A stretch of 63,991 nt of DNA, counting the filler, from Octopus bimaculoides (taxonomy: Eukaryota), in NCBI RefSeq assembly GCF_001194135.2. It is 6 parts of 5 records of this genome, joined end to end, with 100 filler letters (N's around TTAATTAATTAA, not from the genome) between each part and the next. Parts side by side here need not be neighbours in the genome. Positions count along the whole stretch, not along the records: positions 15,726 to 27,458 come from NC_069006.1; positions 27,559 to 48,906 come from NC_068983.1; 4 more parts are not named here. One strand, given 5' to 3'. Positions within the stretch are counted from its first letter, which is position 1, and each line of letters starts with the position of its first letter. The position numbers and the translations under genes are program-made. The notes beneath the pieces are model-generated. The model searched no databases and was not told the origin of the DNA. It was given only the letters and a program-made list of their open reading frames with translations. Below are positions 26,816 to 38,497 of this stretch, piece after piece.

Positions 26816-26819
<4 letters not shown>
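26524..26819 (-). mobile_element. LTR (26538-26819) plus PBS-like remnant of a truncated LTR retrotransposon
   Basis: Minus strand starts TGTTGTGG, contains TATAAATA, ends ACTACA, and is followed by TAATTGACGACGAG, which resembles the TGGCGACGAG PBS of invertebrate Gypsy elements. Confidence 0.6.
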
Positions 26820-26859
<40 letters not shown>

Positions 26860-26959
26860 NNNNNNNNNNNNNNNNNNNNNNNNNNNNNNNNNNNNNNNNN
26901 NNNNNNNNNNNNNNNNNNNNNNNNNNNNNNNNNNNNNNNNNNNNNNNNNNNNNNNNNNN

Positions 26960-27273
26960 GTACAAGCTCCTAAAAGATGAACTTGTACGAATGTGAGCAG
27001 TGAAGAGGGCAACTGTCATCCCAGTAGTTGTAGGGACACTGGAAGCATTAACGACCAGGTATGAGAAATTTGTTGGAGAAATCGTGATTAGTGTGAGGGT
27101 AGAACATGCTCAGAAAACTGCTCTATTAGGGATAGTGAAGTTTTTGAGATTGGCAGTTGGGTGTTAACTATCGTGGAAAGAGACCTTGTGGGACCTTTGA
27201 CAACAGGTTGCTGTCCACTCATACAGAATTAACCGGAGCAAGCAAAATCGAGAATTTTGAGAAATGAAATGGA

Positions 27274-27306
<33 letters not shown>
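26960..27306 (+). mobile_element. R4/Dong-type LINE 3' end with (AAT)n tail
   Basis: YKLLKDELVRM*..VIPVVVGTL..QKTALLG..FLRLAV* then a short UTR and (AAT)n at 27274-27308. Confidence 0.85.
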
Positions 27307-27311
<5 letters not shown>

Positions 27312-27458
27312 GAGCACTCAGAAAGCGTAAGCCTCCGCTAAGGCAACACCAACGTCCTCTCAACGAATAGCCAGAGATGATTTTTAAAATGAAAACATCT
27401 GAAATAAACTCGACTGCTCTCACAAACGAGAATACAAAAAATGAACTGAACCGCTCTC
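27305..27458. repeat. Unclassified interspersed repeat end (AACAAGAGCACTCAG...)
   Basis: Abrupt non-microsatellite block after the (AAT)n; resembles a cephalopod interspersed repeat from memory only. Confidence 0.35.
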
Positions 27459-27573
27459 NNNNNNNNNNNNNNNNNNNNNNNNNNNNNNNNNNNNNNNNNN
27501 NNTTAATTAATTAANNNNNNNNNNNNNNNNNNNNNNNNNNNNNNNNNNNNNNNNNNNNATATATATATATATT

Positions 27574-27608
<35 letters not shown>

Positions 27609-27699
27609 GCATATATAAATATATGTATACATCCATACATATATGTACATACTTACATCTATATGTATACATACATATATGTATACATACAGGACATAT

Positions 27700-30600
27700 G
27701 TTTAGTGGTTCACCGGACGCCCTGTTTGAAAAAATGCTTGTTACTAAGGAAACACACACCAAAGTCATTTACAAACACACCGTTCTTATACCAACACATT
27801 TCATATACAAACAATATATTGCTAGGATGTCAATACCCAACAAAAAATAATAATTCACTTTTATTCTTGTAGTCGAGTCGGGCTAAAAACAATTTTTTTT
27901 TTTTTTTTGAAAATACCGAAATGTTCTTTTTTCTCTTGCACATGTAAATTCATGCACTATGCGACTCATCGCCATTTTGTCTTGCGTCACAAACTTTGAC
28001 GCCATTTCTCAAGCTACACGTGCGCGCAAAATTTGAATACCCCACGTAGTCACAACACAGCTGCCTGAGCTATCTGTTTCATTTAACAGCACAGTCGCAC
28101 GCCATTTTACAAACTTTTCCCCAATAATTGACATCTGTCTGTTACACATCACCATGAATAATAATTCCTTANNNNNNNNNNNNNNNNNNNNNNNNNNNNN
28201 NNNNNNNNNNNNNNNNNNNNNNNNNNNNNNNNNNNNNNNNNNNNNNNNNNNNNNNNNNNNNNNNNNNNNNNNNNNNNNNNNNNNNNNNNNNNNNNNNNNN
28301 NNNNNNNNNNNNNNNNNNNNNNNNNNNNNNNNNNNNNNNNNNNNNNNNNNNNNNNNNNNNNNNNNNNNNNNNNNNNNNNNNNNNNNNNNNNNNNNNNNNN
28401 NNNNNNNNNNNNNNNNNNNNNNNNNNNNNNNNNNNNNNNNNNNNNNNNNNNNNNNNNNNNNNNNNNNNNNNNNNNNNNNNNNNNNNNNNNNNNNNNNNNN
28501 NNNNNNNNNNNNNNNNNNNNNNNNNNNNNNNNNNNNNNNNNNNNNNNNNNNNNNNNNNNNNNNNNNNNNNNNNNNNNNNNNNNNNNNNNNNNNNNNNNNN
28601 NNNNNNNNNNNNNNNNNNNNNNNNNNNNNNNNNNNNNNNNNNNNNNNNNNNNNNNNNNNNNNNNNNNNNNNNNNNNAGTGTTTTATTGAAACAACTATTT
28701 TTTCCCCGGTTGCCCTCTGTCATCCAAGCTGTCCTAGCCTCTATGATGGAGACGACTCCCATCAAGCCTCCACCGCCGACAGAATCATAAAGTATACCGG
28801 CAACACCACCAAGCCAGCCCCAGTACCACCGGACTCCTCTGCACACCCGCCAGTAGCGTCAGTTTTCACTGATAAAGACCTTGCTTCGACTGCTATCCTA
28901 AAGGCGATAGCTGAATTAATGAGAGAAGTGCAGCTACTTCGCACTTCCAGGTCAAGTTCACCCAGACAGCGTTATTTCGATCGCTCCTTCTCGCCTCGCC
29001 ATCGCTCGTCCTCTGCTCATTCATCCATATGCTGGCACCATGCCAAGTTTGGAGCTTCAGCACGCAAATGTACCCAACCCTGTACTTTTTCTCAACAGGA
29101 AAACGACCAACCAGAGAATTGAGCACAGCACATTCTCTGCAGCAGCCAACTGTGCATTTTTCATAACAGACCAGATATCCCACGCCCGCTGCCTCGTAGA
29201 TACAGATGCTACCTGCAGTATCTGGCCGTTAAAACTCCACGCGGATAAACCACTGTTATTACCAGTGACTCTACAGGCGGTGAACCATTCACCGATTCAT
29301 ATTTTCAGACAGATATCTTGTTCGTTGGATTTAGATCTGCAACGTGACTTCAAGTGGATTTTACAGCTGCAGATCTCTCTTACCCTACATTAGGTGCAGA
29401 GATTTTGCACCACTTCCACCTGCTTGTGGACATGCACACTCGGCGCTTATGGGACGCGACCACAGAACTTTCTATTCCAGTTAAATGGTCACTAACCCCT
29501 GCGGTTAGTCCAGGCTTTTTCATTGCTGCCACGGACGCCCCATGCCATGCACTGTAAAACTCATATCCGGAGCTGACCAACCTAAATGTTTTTACTGCTG
29601 CTCCAACTCACACCACCACCCATTTCATCGAAACTAAAGGTGCTCCGGTTTTTTCTCGCCCTCGCCGCCTCTCCTCGGAGAAGTTAAAGGCGACCAAGGC
29701 AGAATTTAACCACATTCTCCAATTGGGCATCATCCTCCCCTCTAATAGCTCCTGGGTGTCACCTTTGCACATGGTTCCAAAGCGTTCCGGGGACTGGCAG
29801 CCCACTAGTGACTACAGGATATTAAACTCCATCACGATGCCAGATAGGTATCCAATACCCAGCATGCAGGATTTTGCGTCATCTCTCCACAACTGCAGAT
29901 TATTCACCAAACTGGACTTGGTTAAGGCATACCATCAGATTCCCGTGAATCCAGAGGATATTCCAAAGACTGCCGTAACCACTGCTTTTGGTGCCTTCGA
30001 ATTCCTAATTATGCCATTTGGTTTACGGAATTCAGCCAGCACATTTCAAAGATTCATAGACAAAATCGTCCGAGACTTAGACTTCGTCGATGCGTACATC
30101 GACGACATCTTGATAGCTAGCGTCTCATCCGAGTAACATCTCCATCATGTACGTCAGCTGTTCGAGCAGTTCAAGACTTACCGAGTGCGGATCAACCCTA
30201 CCAAATGTGTTTTTGGTGCTTTTTCTTTGACCTTCCTATGTCACGTCATCAGCCCCGAAGGCATATCGCCACTGCCTGACAAGGTGAAGGCATTGCAAGA
30301 GTTACCTCCACCCACCTCGTTACGTCAGCTCCGACATTTCTTGAGACTATTCAACTTCTGCCGGCGCTTTGTTCCTCATTCAGCTGAAATCCTTTATCTG
30401 CTAAAACACGCTCCTTCGGAATAGGAACAAGAGGAATGAGTCAATAGCGTTGTACTCCACCTAACTTGACTTCTTCAACACAGCAAGCAGCAACTGGCTC
30501 AGGCATCCCTTCTTTCCCACCCTGTTGCAGATGCTTAACTATCCCTTGTAGTGGACGCATCCAACACTGCCATGGGCTTGGTGTTACAACAATTTCCCCA

Positions 30601-32727
30601 GCAACAACTCCAGCCTCTTGCCTTTTACTCTCGGCAACTTAAGCCAGCTGAAACTCGCTACAGTACTTTCGGACAGGAGCTGTTAGCTATGTATTTAGCA
30701 GTGAAACATTTCCGGCACACACCCGAGGGACACCGATTAATGATATTTACGGACAACAGTCCACTCACCTTTGCCCTGCGCTCGAAGTGCTCTCCGTGGG
30801 AAACCAGACACTTGGATTTCATTTCCCAATTTACCGCCGACATTCACCATAACACTGCAGCAGACGCTTTATCGCACCTACCACTGAATTCGCTGTCGTC
30901 ACCCTCAGACATCGACCTGCATTTCTTGGCTAAAGATCAACCTCACTTAGAGACAATTGATATATCCTCACTCGCCTCTGTCACATTTAATTCTAAGTAC
31001 TTCTCAGTACCCAAATCTGACGCACAGATTTTGTGCGACACTTCCACGAATTCTCCTCATCCTTTCGTTCCGGAGACCGACAGACAAACAGTCTTCAGCT
31101 CACTGCATAACCTATTACACCCTGGCGTCACCGCCACAGTGAAACTCATTTCGGCTAGATTCTTGTGGCCAAATATGAGACGAGACACCACTTCTTGGTC
31201 ACGCTCCTGCCTTTTCTGTCAGAAGTCAAAGGTGCATAGGCACATCCATGCACCCCTTGGCACATTCAACGCACCAGATGTGCGTTTCAGCCATGTACAC
31301 ATCGACCTTGTCGGACCTTGGCCAGTCAGCCAGGGATATACCTACCTGCTCAACTGCATTAATCATTTCACACGTTGACCAGAAGCTGTTCCTTTAGTAG
31401 ATATCACTGCAGAATCTGTTGCCAAAGCTTTTCTCACAGGACGGATATCACGGTACAGAGTCCATACCACCATCACTACTGACCATGGAAAATACTTTGA
31501 ATCGCAACTCTTCCACGAGCTCACGAAGACCATAGGTGCGCGTCAGATTCGAACCACCAGTTACCATTCACAACCCAACGGTATGGTGGAACGATTCCAC
31601 CATCAAATGAAAGCTGCTTTGTGTGCAGATCGGCAGCGTTGGCGCGAATATCTTCCAATAGTCCTTGGCTGTCAAGCCTCGATAAAGGAGGATGTCGGTT
31701 ATTCCCCAGCAGAACTTCTTTATGGCACACCTCTTTCGTTGCCAAGCTAGATGTTGGCCCCAGTGGATCTTTCCACACAAGACCCCACCATGTACTTACA
31801 CAGACTTCGCAAATACATGCAAGAACTTCTACCCATGTCAACACGACACCAGACCACTAAATCATCAGTTCCAAAAGATATTGATTCTTGGACCCACGTA
31901 TTTCTACGAAACGACGCTGTGAAAACCCCTCTCACACCTCCATACACGGGACCCTTTCACGTCCTGTCGCACACAGACAAACTATATACCATAGATGTTA
32001 TTGGTAAAAAGGAAACTGTCTCAATAGGCAGGCTTAAGCAGGCATGCACAGAGTGATACAATACCACCTCATACACCACCTACATTCACAGTACAACATA
32101 AAATAAATGTTACTCCACTGCAACCACCACCAATACTATCACACACACCGATCCCTCCTCCATCTGCATACGTCACTACGACTCGTAGTGGTCGCTGTGT
32201 ACATCTGAACTATAATGAACAATTTGTGAATTTAGCAAAGACTTTTCAATACGTATCACCAACGACGCAGGTTTGTTCTTAACAGTGTTCCTTCGAACTT
32301 TACCTAATCGACTTGAAAATTTTGCTTATTTCTTTGTGTTCATATTCTGTTTACCCTTACCATGCTTTGCTTTTTCATTTCAGTATATCATTTTTTTTTC
32401 TTTTGTATTGCATCCTTCTGTTTGTATACCATGTTCTTATCTGCTTTTTGCACTGCATATTTACATACGCCATCTCTACCTTTTTTTCGATTCTTTCAAG
32501 TCTAGCAAGAGGCTATGTAGCAGAGCTACATATTACATAGTAATATGTGAGTCGACCTCCACAGCAGACGAATATATCAACGAGGCATCTAGCCTCACTT
32601 TGATACACGTGTTTTATCATACTACATGCTTCCACCACAAAAGGTGAACAAAGAATAAACAAAAATGTCTTATTGTGATTCACACGGTTTTTACATTTAG
32701 TAACACGCACTTGAACAGCCAACGACA
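27700..32727 (+). mobile_element. Ty3/Gypsy LTR retrotransposon, decayed; 5' LTR not visible
   Basis: gag end CWHHAKFGASARKCTQPC; protease LVDTDA (about 29195); RT SWVSPLHMVPK, DYRILN, YIDDILIAS (about 30095); RNase H VDASN (30550); integrase H..HPG..C..CQ, HIDLVGP, NGMVERFH; tail TTRSGR. Multiple stops and frameshifts. Confidence 0.95.
32516..32727 (+). mobile_element. 3' LTR of the Gypsy element
   Basis: Purine-tract-like CTAGCAAGAGGCTA, then TGTAG...AATAAA...CGACA. Confidence 0.7.
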
Positions 32728-32808
32728 GTATGTATGTGTGCATGTAAATATGTGCGTATGCATGCGTGCAAGCCTATATGCATGTATGCATGTATGTATG
32801 TATGTACT

Positions 32809-33203
32809 TGTAGTGACGCCTTTATAGCAGACGACATTTTCGGAGTTTCTATCCACGCATGCGCAGGGACTAGTTCCGGTAGGAATACAGGAAGAGTCTC
32901 ATGCACATGCGTGGTCATTCGATATCCAAGCTTCGGGCGGATTTTCATCCTCTTTCTCACTGGCCGACGAAGGGCCTAGACGTCGTCAACAGCCACTCTC
33001 CAACATTCCAACTATGGAGCTAGACAAATAACCACGCAACATCATTGACGGCGTCTCAGTAACCAAAGGGCGAAGTGCTGCCGAATTCTATTGTAATAAA
33101 TATTGTTGTGTTGATAGTTCAGAATCTGCGTTCCGTTGTTTCTTCAAGAAATTTAATGTACGGAAGCGGAGTACACCTAATGGTGTATAACCACTTCCCT
33201 ACA
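32809..33203 (+). mobile_element. Solo LTR of a different family, 395 bp, 4-bp TSD TACT
   Basis: TGTAG...CTACA termini, AATAAA, and TACT at 32805-32808 and 33204-33207, inside a (TATG)n tract. Confidence 0.88.
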
Positions 33204-34327
33204 TACTTATGTATGTGAGTATTTAGGTATTAAGTGTGTAGACGTGTCTGTGTGTGTGCATATGGGTATGTACATGTGAACGTATGTTTATGTATTGATA
33301 TGTGTGTCTGTTCAAGTAGTATATATGACTGTTACTCTGTCGAAGGTTGTATATATATATGTGTGTGGTGGGGGTGTCCCTCTCACCACCGTCTAACGGT
33401 GAATGGATACAATGTCTTAGATACATAAATGTAAATATATATATATATATATATATATANNNNNNNNNNNNNNNNNNNNNNNNNNNNNNNNNNNNNNNNN
33501 NNNNNNNNNNNNNNNNNNNNNNNNNNNNNNNNNNNNNNNNNNNNNNNNNNNNNNNNNNNNNNNNNNNNNNNNNNNNNNNNNNNNNNNNNNNNNNNNNNNN
33601 NNNNNNNNNNNNNNNNNNNNNNNNNNNNNNNNNNNNNNNNNNNNNNNNNNNNNNNNNNNNNNNNNNNNNNNNNNNNNNNNNNNNNNNNNNNNNNNNNNNN
33701 NNNNNNNNNNNNNNNNNNNNNNNNNNNNNNNNNNNNNNNNNNNNNNNNNNNNNNNNNNNNNNNNNNNNNNNNNNNNNNNNNNNNNNNNNNNNNNNNNNNN
33801 NNNNNNNNNNNNNNNNNNNNNNNNNNNNNNNNNNNNNNNNNNNNNNNNNNNNNNNNNNNNNNNNNNNNNNNNNNNNNNNNNNNNNNNNNNNNNNNNNNNN
33901 NNNNNNNNNNNNNNNNNNNNNNNNNNNNNNNNNNNNNNNNNNNNNNNNNNNNNNNNNNNNNNNNNNNNNNNNNNNNNNNNNNNNNNNNNNNNNNNNNNNN
34001 NNNNNNNNNNNNNNNNNNNNNNNNNNNNNNNNNNNNNNNNNNNNNNNNNNNNNNNNNNNNNNNNNNNNNNNNNNNNNNNNNNNNNNNNNNNNNNNNNNNN
34101 NNNNNNNNNNNNNNNNNNNNNNNNNNNNNNNNNNNNNNNNNNNNNNNNNNNNNNNNNNNNNNNNNNNNNNNNNNNNNNNNNNNNNNNNNNNNNNNNNNNN
34201 NNNNNNNNNNNNNNNNNNNNNNNNNNNNNNNNNNNNNNNNNNNNNNNNNNNNNNNNNNNNNNNNNNNNNNNNNNNNNNNNNNNNNNNNNNNNNNNNNNNN
34301 NNNNNNNNNNNNNNNNNNNNNAGCGAT

Positions 34328-35050
34328 GATAATTTTTGATTGCAACAGGTTATAAGATAAACGATGAACAGTGATCGAAGATGTAAAGAAATATTTATTT
34401 ACCGTTACTTTAATAAATGCCATACCACGACAGGTAGGTTAGTGTAATAGTATAACACAGTTTATAAAGCATGCAAGGTAAAGAAAGTTAATTTCAGCCT
34501 GTATGTGTGTGTACATGATCTTGTAGTAGTAAACAGATAAAGATAGGGTAAGGTTACCGAGAAAAGCAAATGAGCTAGTCAAAGTTGTATAGCGTGGGAC
34601 GTTGTGTCTCATAGTTGGCTGGTTGTAATCTTCTTTTCTTCCTCTGGTCGTTTTGTCTTTTGGTGGCTGCCTGCTTGTGACTATATCTGTAGATGACCGT
34701 TCACTAACTAATTGAGTTGTCACTAGTTGCTTCGCTCTCTTGTCGCCCAATGACTACTGACTTTTTGCTTGGGGTCTCTTGTTTTTATAGCTATCTAGAA
34801 GGACAGATATACTATTGAGAACAATAGATTTAGCCGGTGGTCTTGTTATCTCTATTCTAGATTTTGGTGATGTAGAAGAGGTTAGAAGGGGTCAAGTGGT
34901 GAAGACATTGTTTCGGCCTAGCTAAAGGCATCTGGAAAATATTAAACTGCTGTCAGAGAAAAACTATTGTTCCACTGTGGGAAAAGTTCTGTTGCAATGT
35001 TGATTTAAATTTGGCTATGGTGGATCGAATACACTTCATGCATGCAAGGT
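34328..35050 (-). repeat. Inverted partial copy of the 36.1-38.4 kb repeat (its 3' ~720 bp)
   Basis: Reverse complement aligns along its length with 37710-38420. Confidence 0.92.
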
Positions 35051-35055
35051 CCACT

Positions 35056-35103
<48 letters not shown>

Positions 35104-35568
35104 NNNNNNNNNNNNNNNNNNNNNNNNNNNNNNNNNNNNNNNNNNNNNNNNNNNNNNNNNNNNNNNNNNNNNNNNNNNNNNNNNNNNNNNNNNNNNNNNN
35201 NNNATATATATATATATATATATTCAGATGAATTAGGTACTTAAGTTGAGGCATCAGAATTTAGTACGGTATTATTCATACAGTTTCAAAATAAGGAGAT
35301 TAAAATCAAAATAAGCAGCAGGATATTCAGTGGTAATGCAGTAAGATCGTTTCAAGCGACTCCATTTAATTGAACAATGCAACCGTTACATCAATTTAAA
35401 TGCAGAGCAATCCTCAGCTGCATAAATACATAGAATTAGATTAAATTAAAACAGATGAATGCATTAGTATAATTTTACCTAAAACCTCCAACAAGGTAAG
35501 GAGATAGAAAAAGAACATGCTATCTTCACTTCAGCTAAGAAGCTACTAAGGTATCAGAAAGAAAAACT

Positions 35569-35867
35569 TGTTAAGGAAAGGGGGGAGGGAGTCGATAGAA
35601 ATCATAGTGGGTATAGTCAAGAATAATTTGAAGCAATATAATGATTACATTGAGATTACACCCACTATGATTTCTGTCGACTCTCCCACCCCCTTTCCTA
35701 ACAGACACTGTTCCTTGTTCCTTGGCCCTAGATTTTTGATATACCAAGATTCGATAAACAAGACTATAAATTAAAACTGACACCAAAAAACAGTGATAAG
35801 AGAATTACTGCAATAGCAACTAAACCCACATCGACTGCAAACATTTACCGTACAATTGGTGACCCCG
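35569..35867 (+). mobile_element. LTR-like segment (TGT..ACA, 35569-35854) with internal hairpin, followed by a tRNA-Trp-type PBS
   Basis: TGGTGACCCCG at 35857-35867 directly after CGTACA; about 45-bp inverted arms at 35569-35613 and 35659-35703. Confidence 0.6.
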
Positions 35868-36099
35868 TGAAAAAAAAAAAAGAATTGCTGCCTTCTGAAA
35901 CTGCATTACCAACAGTCACAACTGTCGACTCTGAGCGAAAAAATTACTACTTTCTGCATTTTTGCTGATTCGAACTAAAGAACTACAGTCTTCAGAACTA
36001 CAGTCGCTAAACCAAAGGGAAAAGTAATGACAACCTTCGTCACCACCAAGATGCACCCTCCTTCGACCTGCTAAAAAAGCTTTACAATGCGATGCAATC

Positions 36100-38425
36100 T
36101 ACGATGCACTTCACAACAATGCAACACAACCGACGCACAACGAATGCCACTGATAAATGCATCAATTCGACAGCTACATGCCCAGAAACTAAGTGGAAGA
36201 AAATACGGAAACCCTTACATGCAACCTTTTCGGCACACACACGCTTTTTCGTCTCGTAACGACGCACAAACCCTGCATTGTGTATGAACTTTTGCACGTA
36301 CATAAGACTCTCACACAGACTTTCAACAACACCTTTTCTTTGCATGCACATCTTTTCGCTTTCAGCAGTAGACTTTTCACAAAGGACGCTATTTTCAGCT
36401 AAGTTTGTTATTTTTGCTTATTGTATTGTTCTGTTTGCACTGCACACTTTTATTTGTTGACGAGTTACATATTCCGCGATGCACACATTCCGCAAAGCAC
36501 ATATACCGCGATGCACATATTCTGCGAGGCACACATTCCGCGATGCACACATTCCGCGATGGACATGCGATGCACAAATTCTGCGACGACTCGCTTCACT
36601 AAAATGGCTAAATTCATGTGCATATTTTTTTGAATGTCCTATATCATTATTCATATTTTGCTTGTACTTTTTCTCTCGTTCACTTTGGAAGTGTATTGTT
36701 GCATACACACCCGCATGCACTTTTCCTCAGCGCCTGGCCTTGCACACGCATCTGCATACATGGTTCATAAATACACAAATGCTATCTCTGTCACATTCAT
36801 GCACCGCACATGCCTTTCTCGCTTGTTTTTCACTCTACCTATGCCCTTGTAGACACAACTCATCTCTGTAAGACTCTATGTCGGTCACGCGTACATAGAG
36901 AAAGTTGTTTGTCCCTTACAATGCGCCAGCATGCCACACTTTTATTCCTGCATGATCGAGGTTTATAATACCTCATGCACCGGCTGACAATCTCAGCCTT
37001 ACTGCATTAATCACTGGCATATTCAATAATGTACTCTGTATTTGTAATCAATGCACTAGCATTAGCCTCAGCCTTGCAAGCCCTATTGCAATCATGCACA
37101 TGCACATCTGTTATGCACATCTACCGCCTTATTTTGCAACACGTCTGCATCAGCTCAATTCTTATCCCGACTCAAAGCACGTCGGATGTTCACATGCTCT
37201 GCGCTTATGTTTAGACATAATTTCCTCCGTAGACCCCCGTTTGGTCACGTAATTAACAGAGAAATCCGTCTCGCGCATCACGTCAGCATGCTTACACTGT
37301 CGTCCTTGCTAACTCAGCAATTAACCACGACAACAGCACCAGACGCATTTCACTTCGGGCATTTCACCTTCAAGGCATTTCACACACTGCAACCCTGCAG
37401 GAAGATCTTTCATATCATGGATTGAGAATGCACTCACTCGCTCCCCTGAATCCAATTTCGAAACGTGCCCCTGCACTCCTGTATACGCCTTCACGCGCCC
37501 ATTTGCTGTACTGCCCAGTCACTGACTGCACACATTTTAGCACGCAAAGCGACACTGTCCTGTATACACTTCAACGAACCTCTCTCCTGATATGCGAAAT
37601 TTCTCCTCAACCATTCCAGGGCATCTATCATACATTTCTTTGTCTCCTTTGTTCGTTCGCTTCCCTCCCAGGAACCTCACTGGCGAGGAGAGTGATGTAA
37701 TGAATCTTGCAGGCATGAAGTGGATTCGATCCACTATACCCAAATTGAAATTAACACTGCGTCAGAACTTTTCCCACGGTGGAACAATGGTTGTGATCTG
37801 ACAGCAGTTTAATATTTTCCATATGCCTTTGGCTGGACCGAAACAATGTCGCCACCACTTGACCCTTTCTAACCTCTTCTACATCACCAAATTCTAGAAT
37901 AGAGATAACAAGACCACCAGCTAAATCCATTGTTCTCAATAATATATCTATCCTTCTAGATAGTTATAAAAACAGGAGACCCCAAGCCAAACAGTCAGTA
38001 GTTACTTGGGGACACAGAGCGAAGTAACTAGTGACAACTCAATTAGTTAGGGAACGGTCATCTACAGATATAGTCACAAGCAGGCAGCCACCAAAAGACA
38101 AAACGACCAAAGGGAGACAGAAGTCTACAACCAGCCAACTATGAGACACAACGTCCCTCGACTCTATAACTATCACTAGCTCGCATCCATTTCTTGGTAA
38201 CATTACCCTATCTTTATCTATATATACTACTATGAGAAAGTGTACATACATATACAGGCCGAATCAACTTTCTTTACCTTGCATGCTTTACGTACAAACT
38301 GTTATACTATTACACTAACCTACCCATCGTGGTATGGCATTTATTAGAGTAACGGTAAATAAATATCTCTATAAAAATTTCGATCACTCTTCATCGTTCA
38401 TCTTATAACCTGTTACAATCACAAC
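36100..38425 (+). repeat. Non-coding ~2.3-kb repeat, unit A, with an LTR-like 3' end
   Basis: Homologous to 38495-40250 (direct) and 34328-35050 (inverted); the 3' part has TATA-like, AATAAA and TGTTACA features; no recognisable ORF. Confidence 0.85.
36469..36590. repeat. 16-bp minisatellite (GCACACATTCCGCGAT), about 7-8 copies
   Basis: Directly visible; absent from unit B. Confidence 0.92.
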
Positions 38426-38453
38426 CACAAAAACATTAAACCGTTACACACAC

Positions 38454-38494
<41 letters not shown>

Positions 38495-38497
<3 letters not shown>

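Noticed and set aside
32809-33203. This LTR as the 3' LTR of the upstream Gypsy element
   Set aside because: It has its own 4-bp TSD on both sides, and the Gypsy element has a separate PPT-preceded LTR at 32516-32727.
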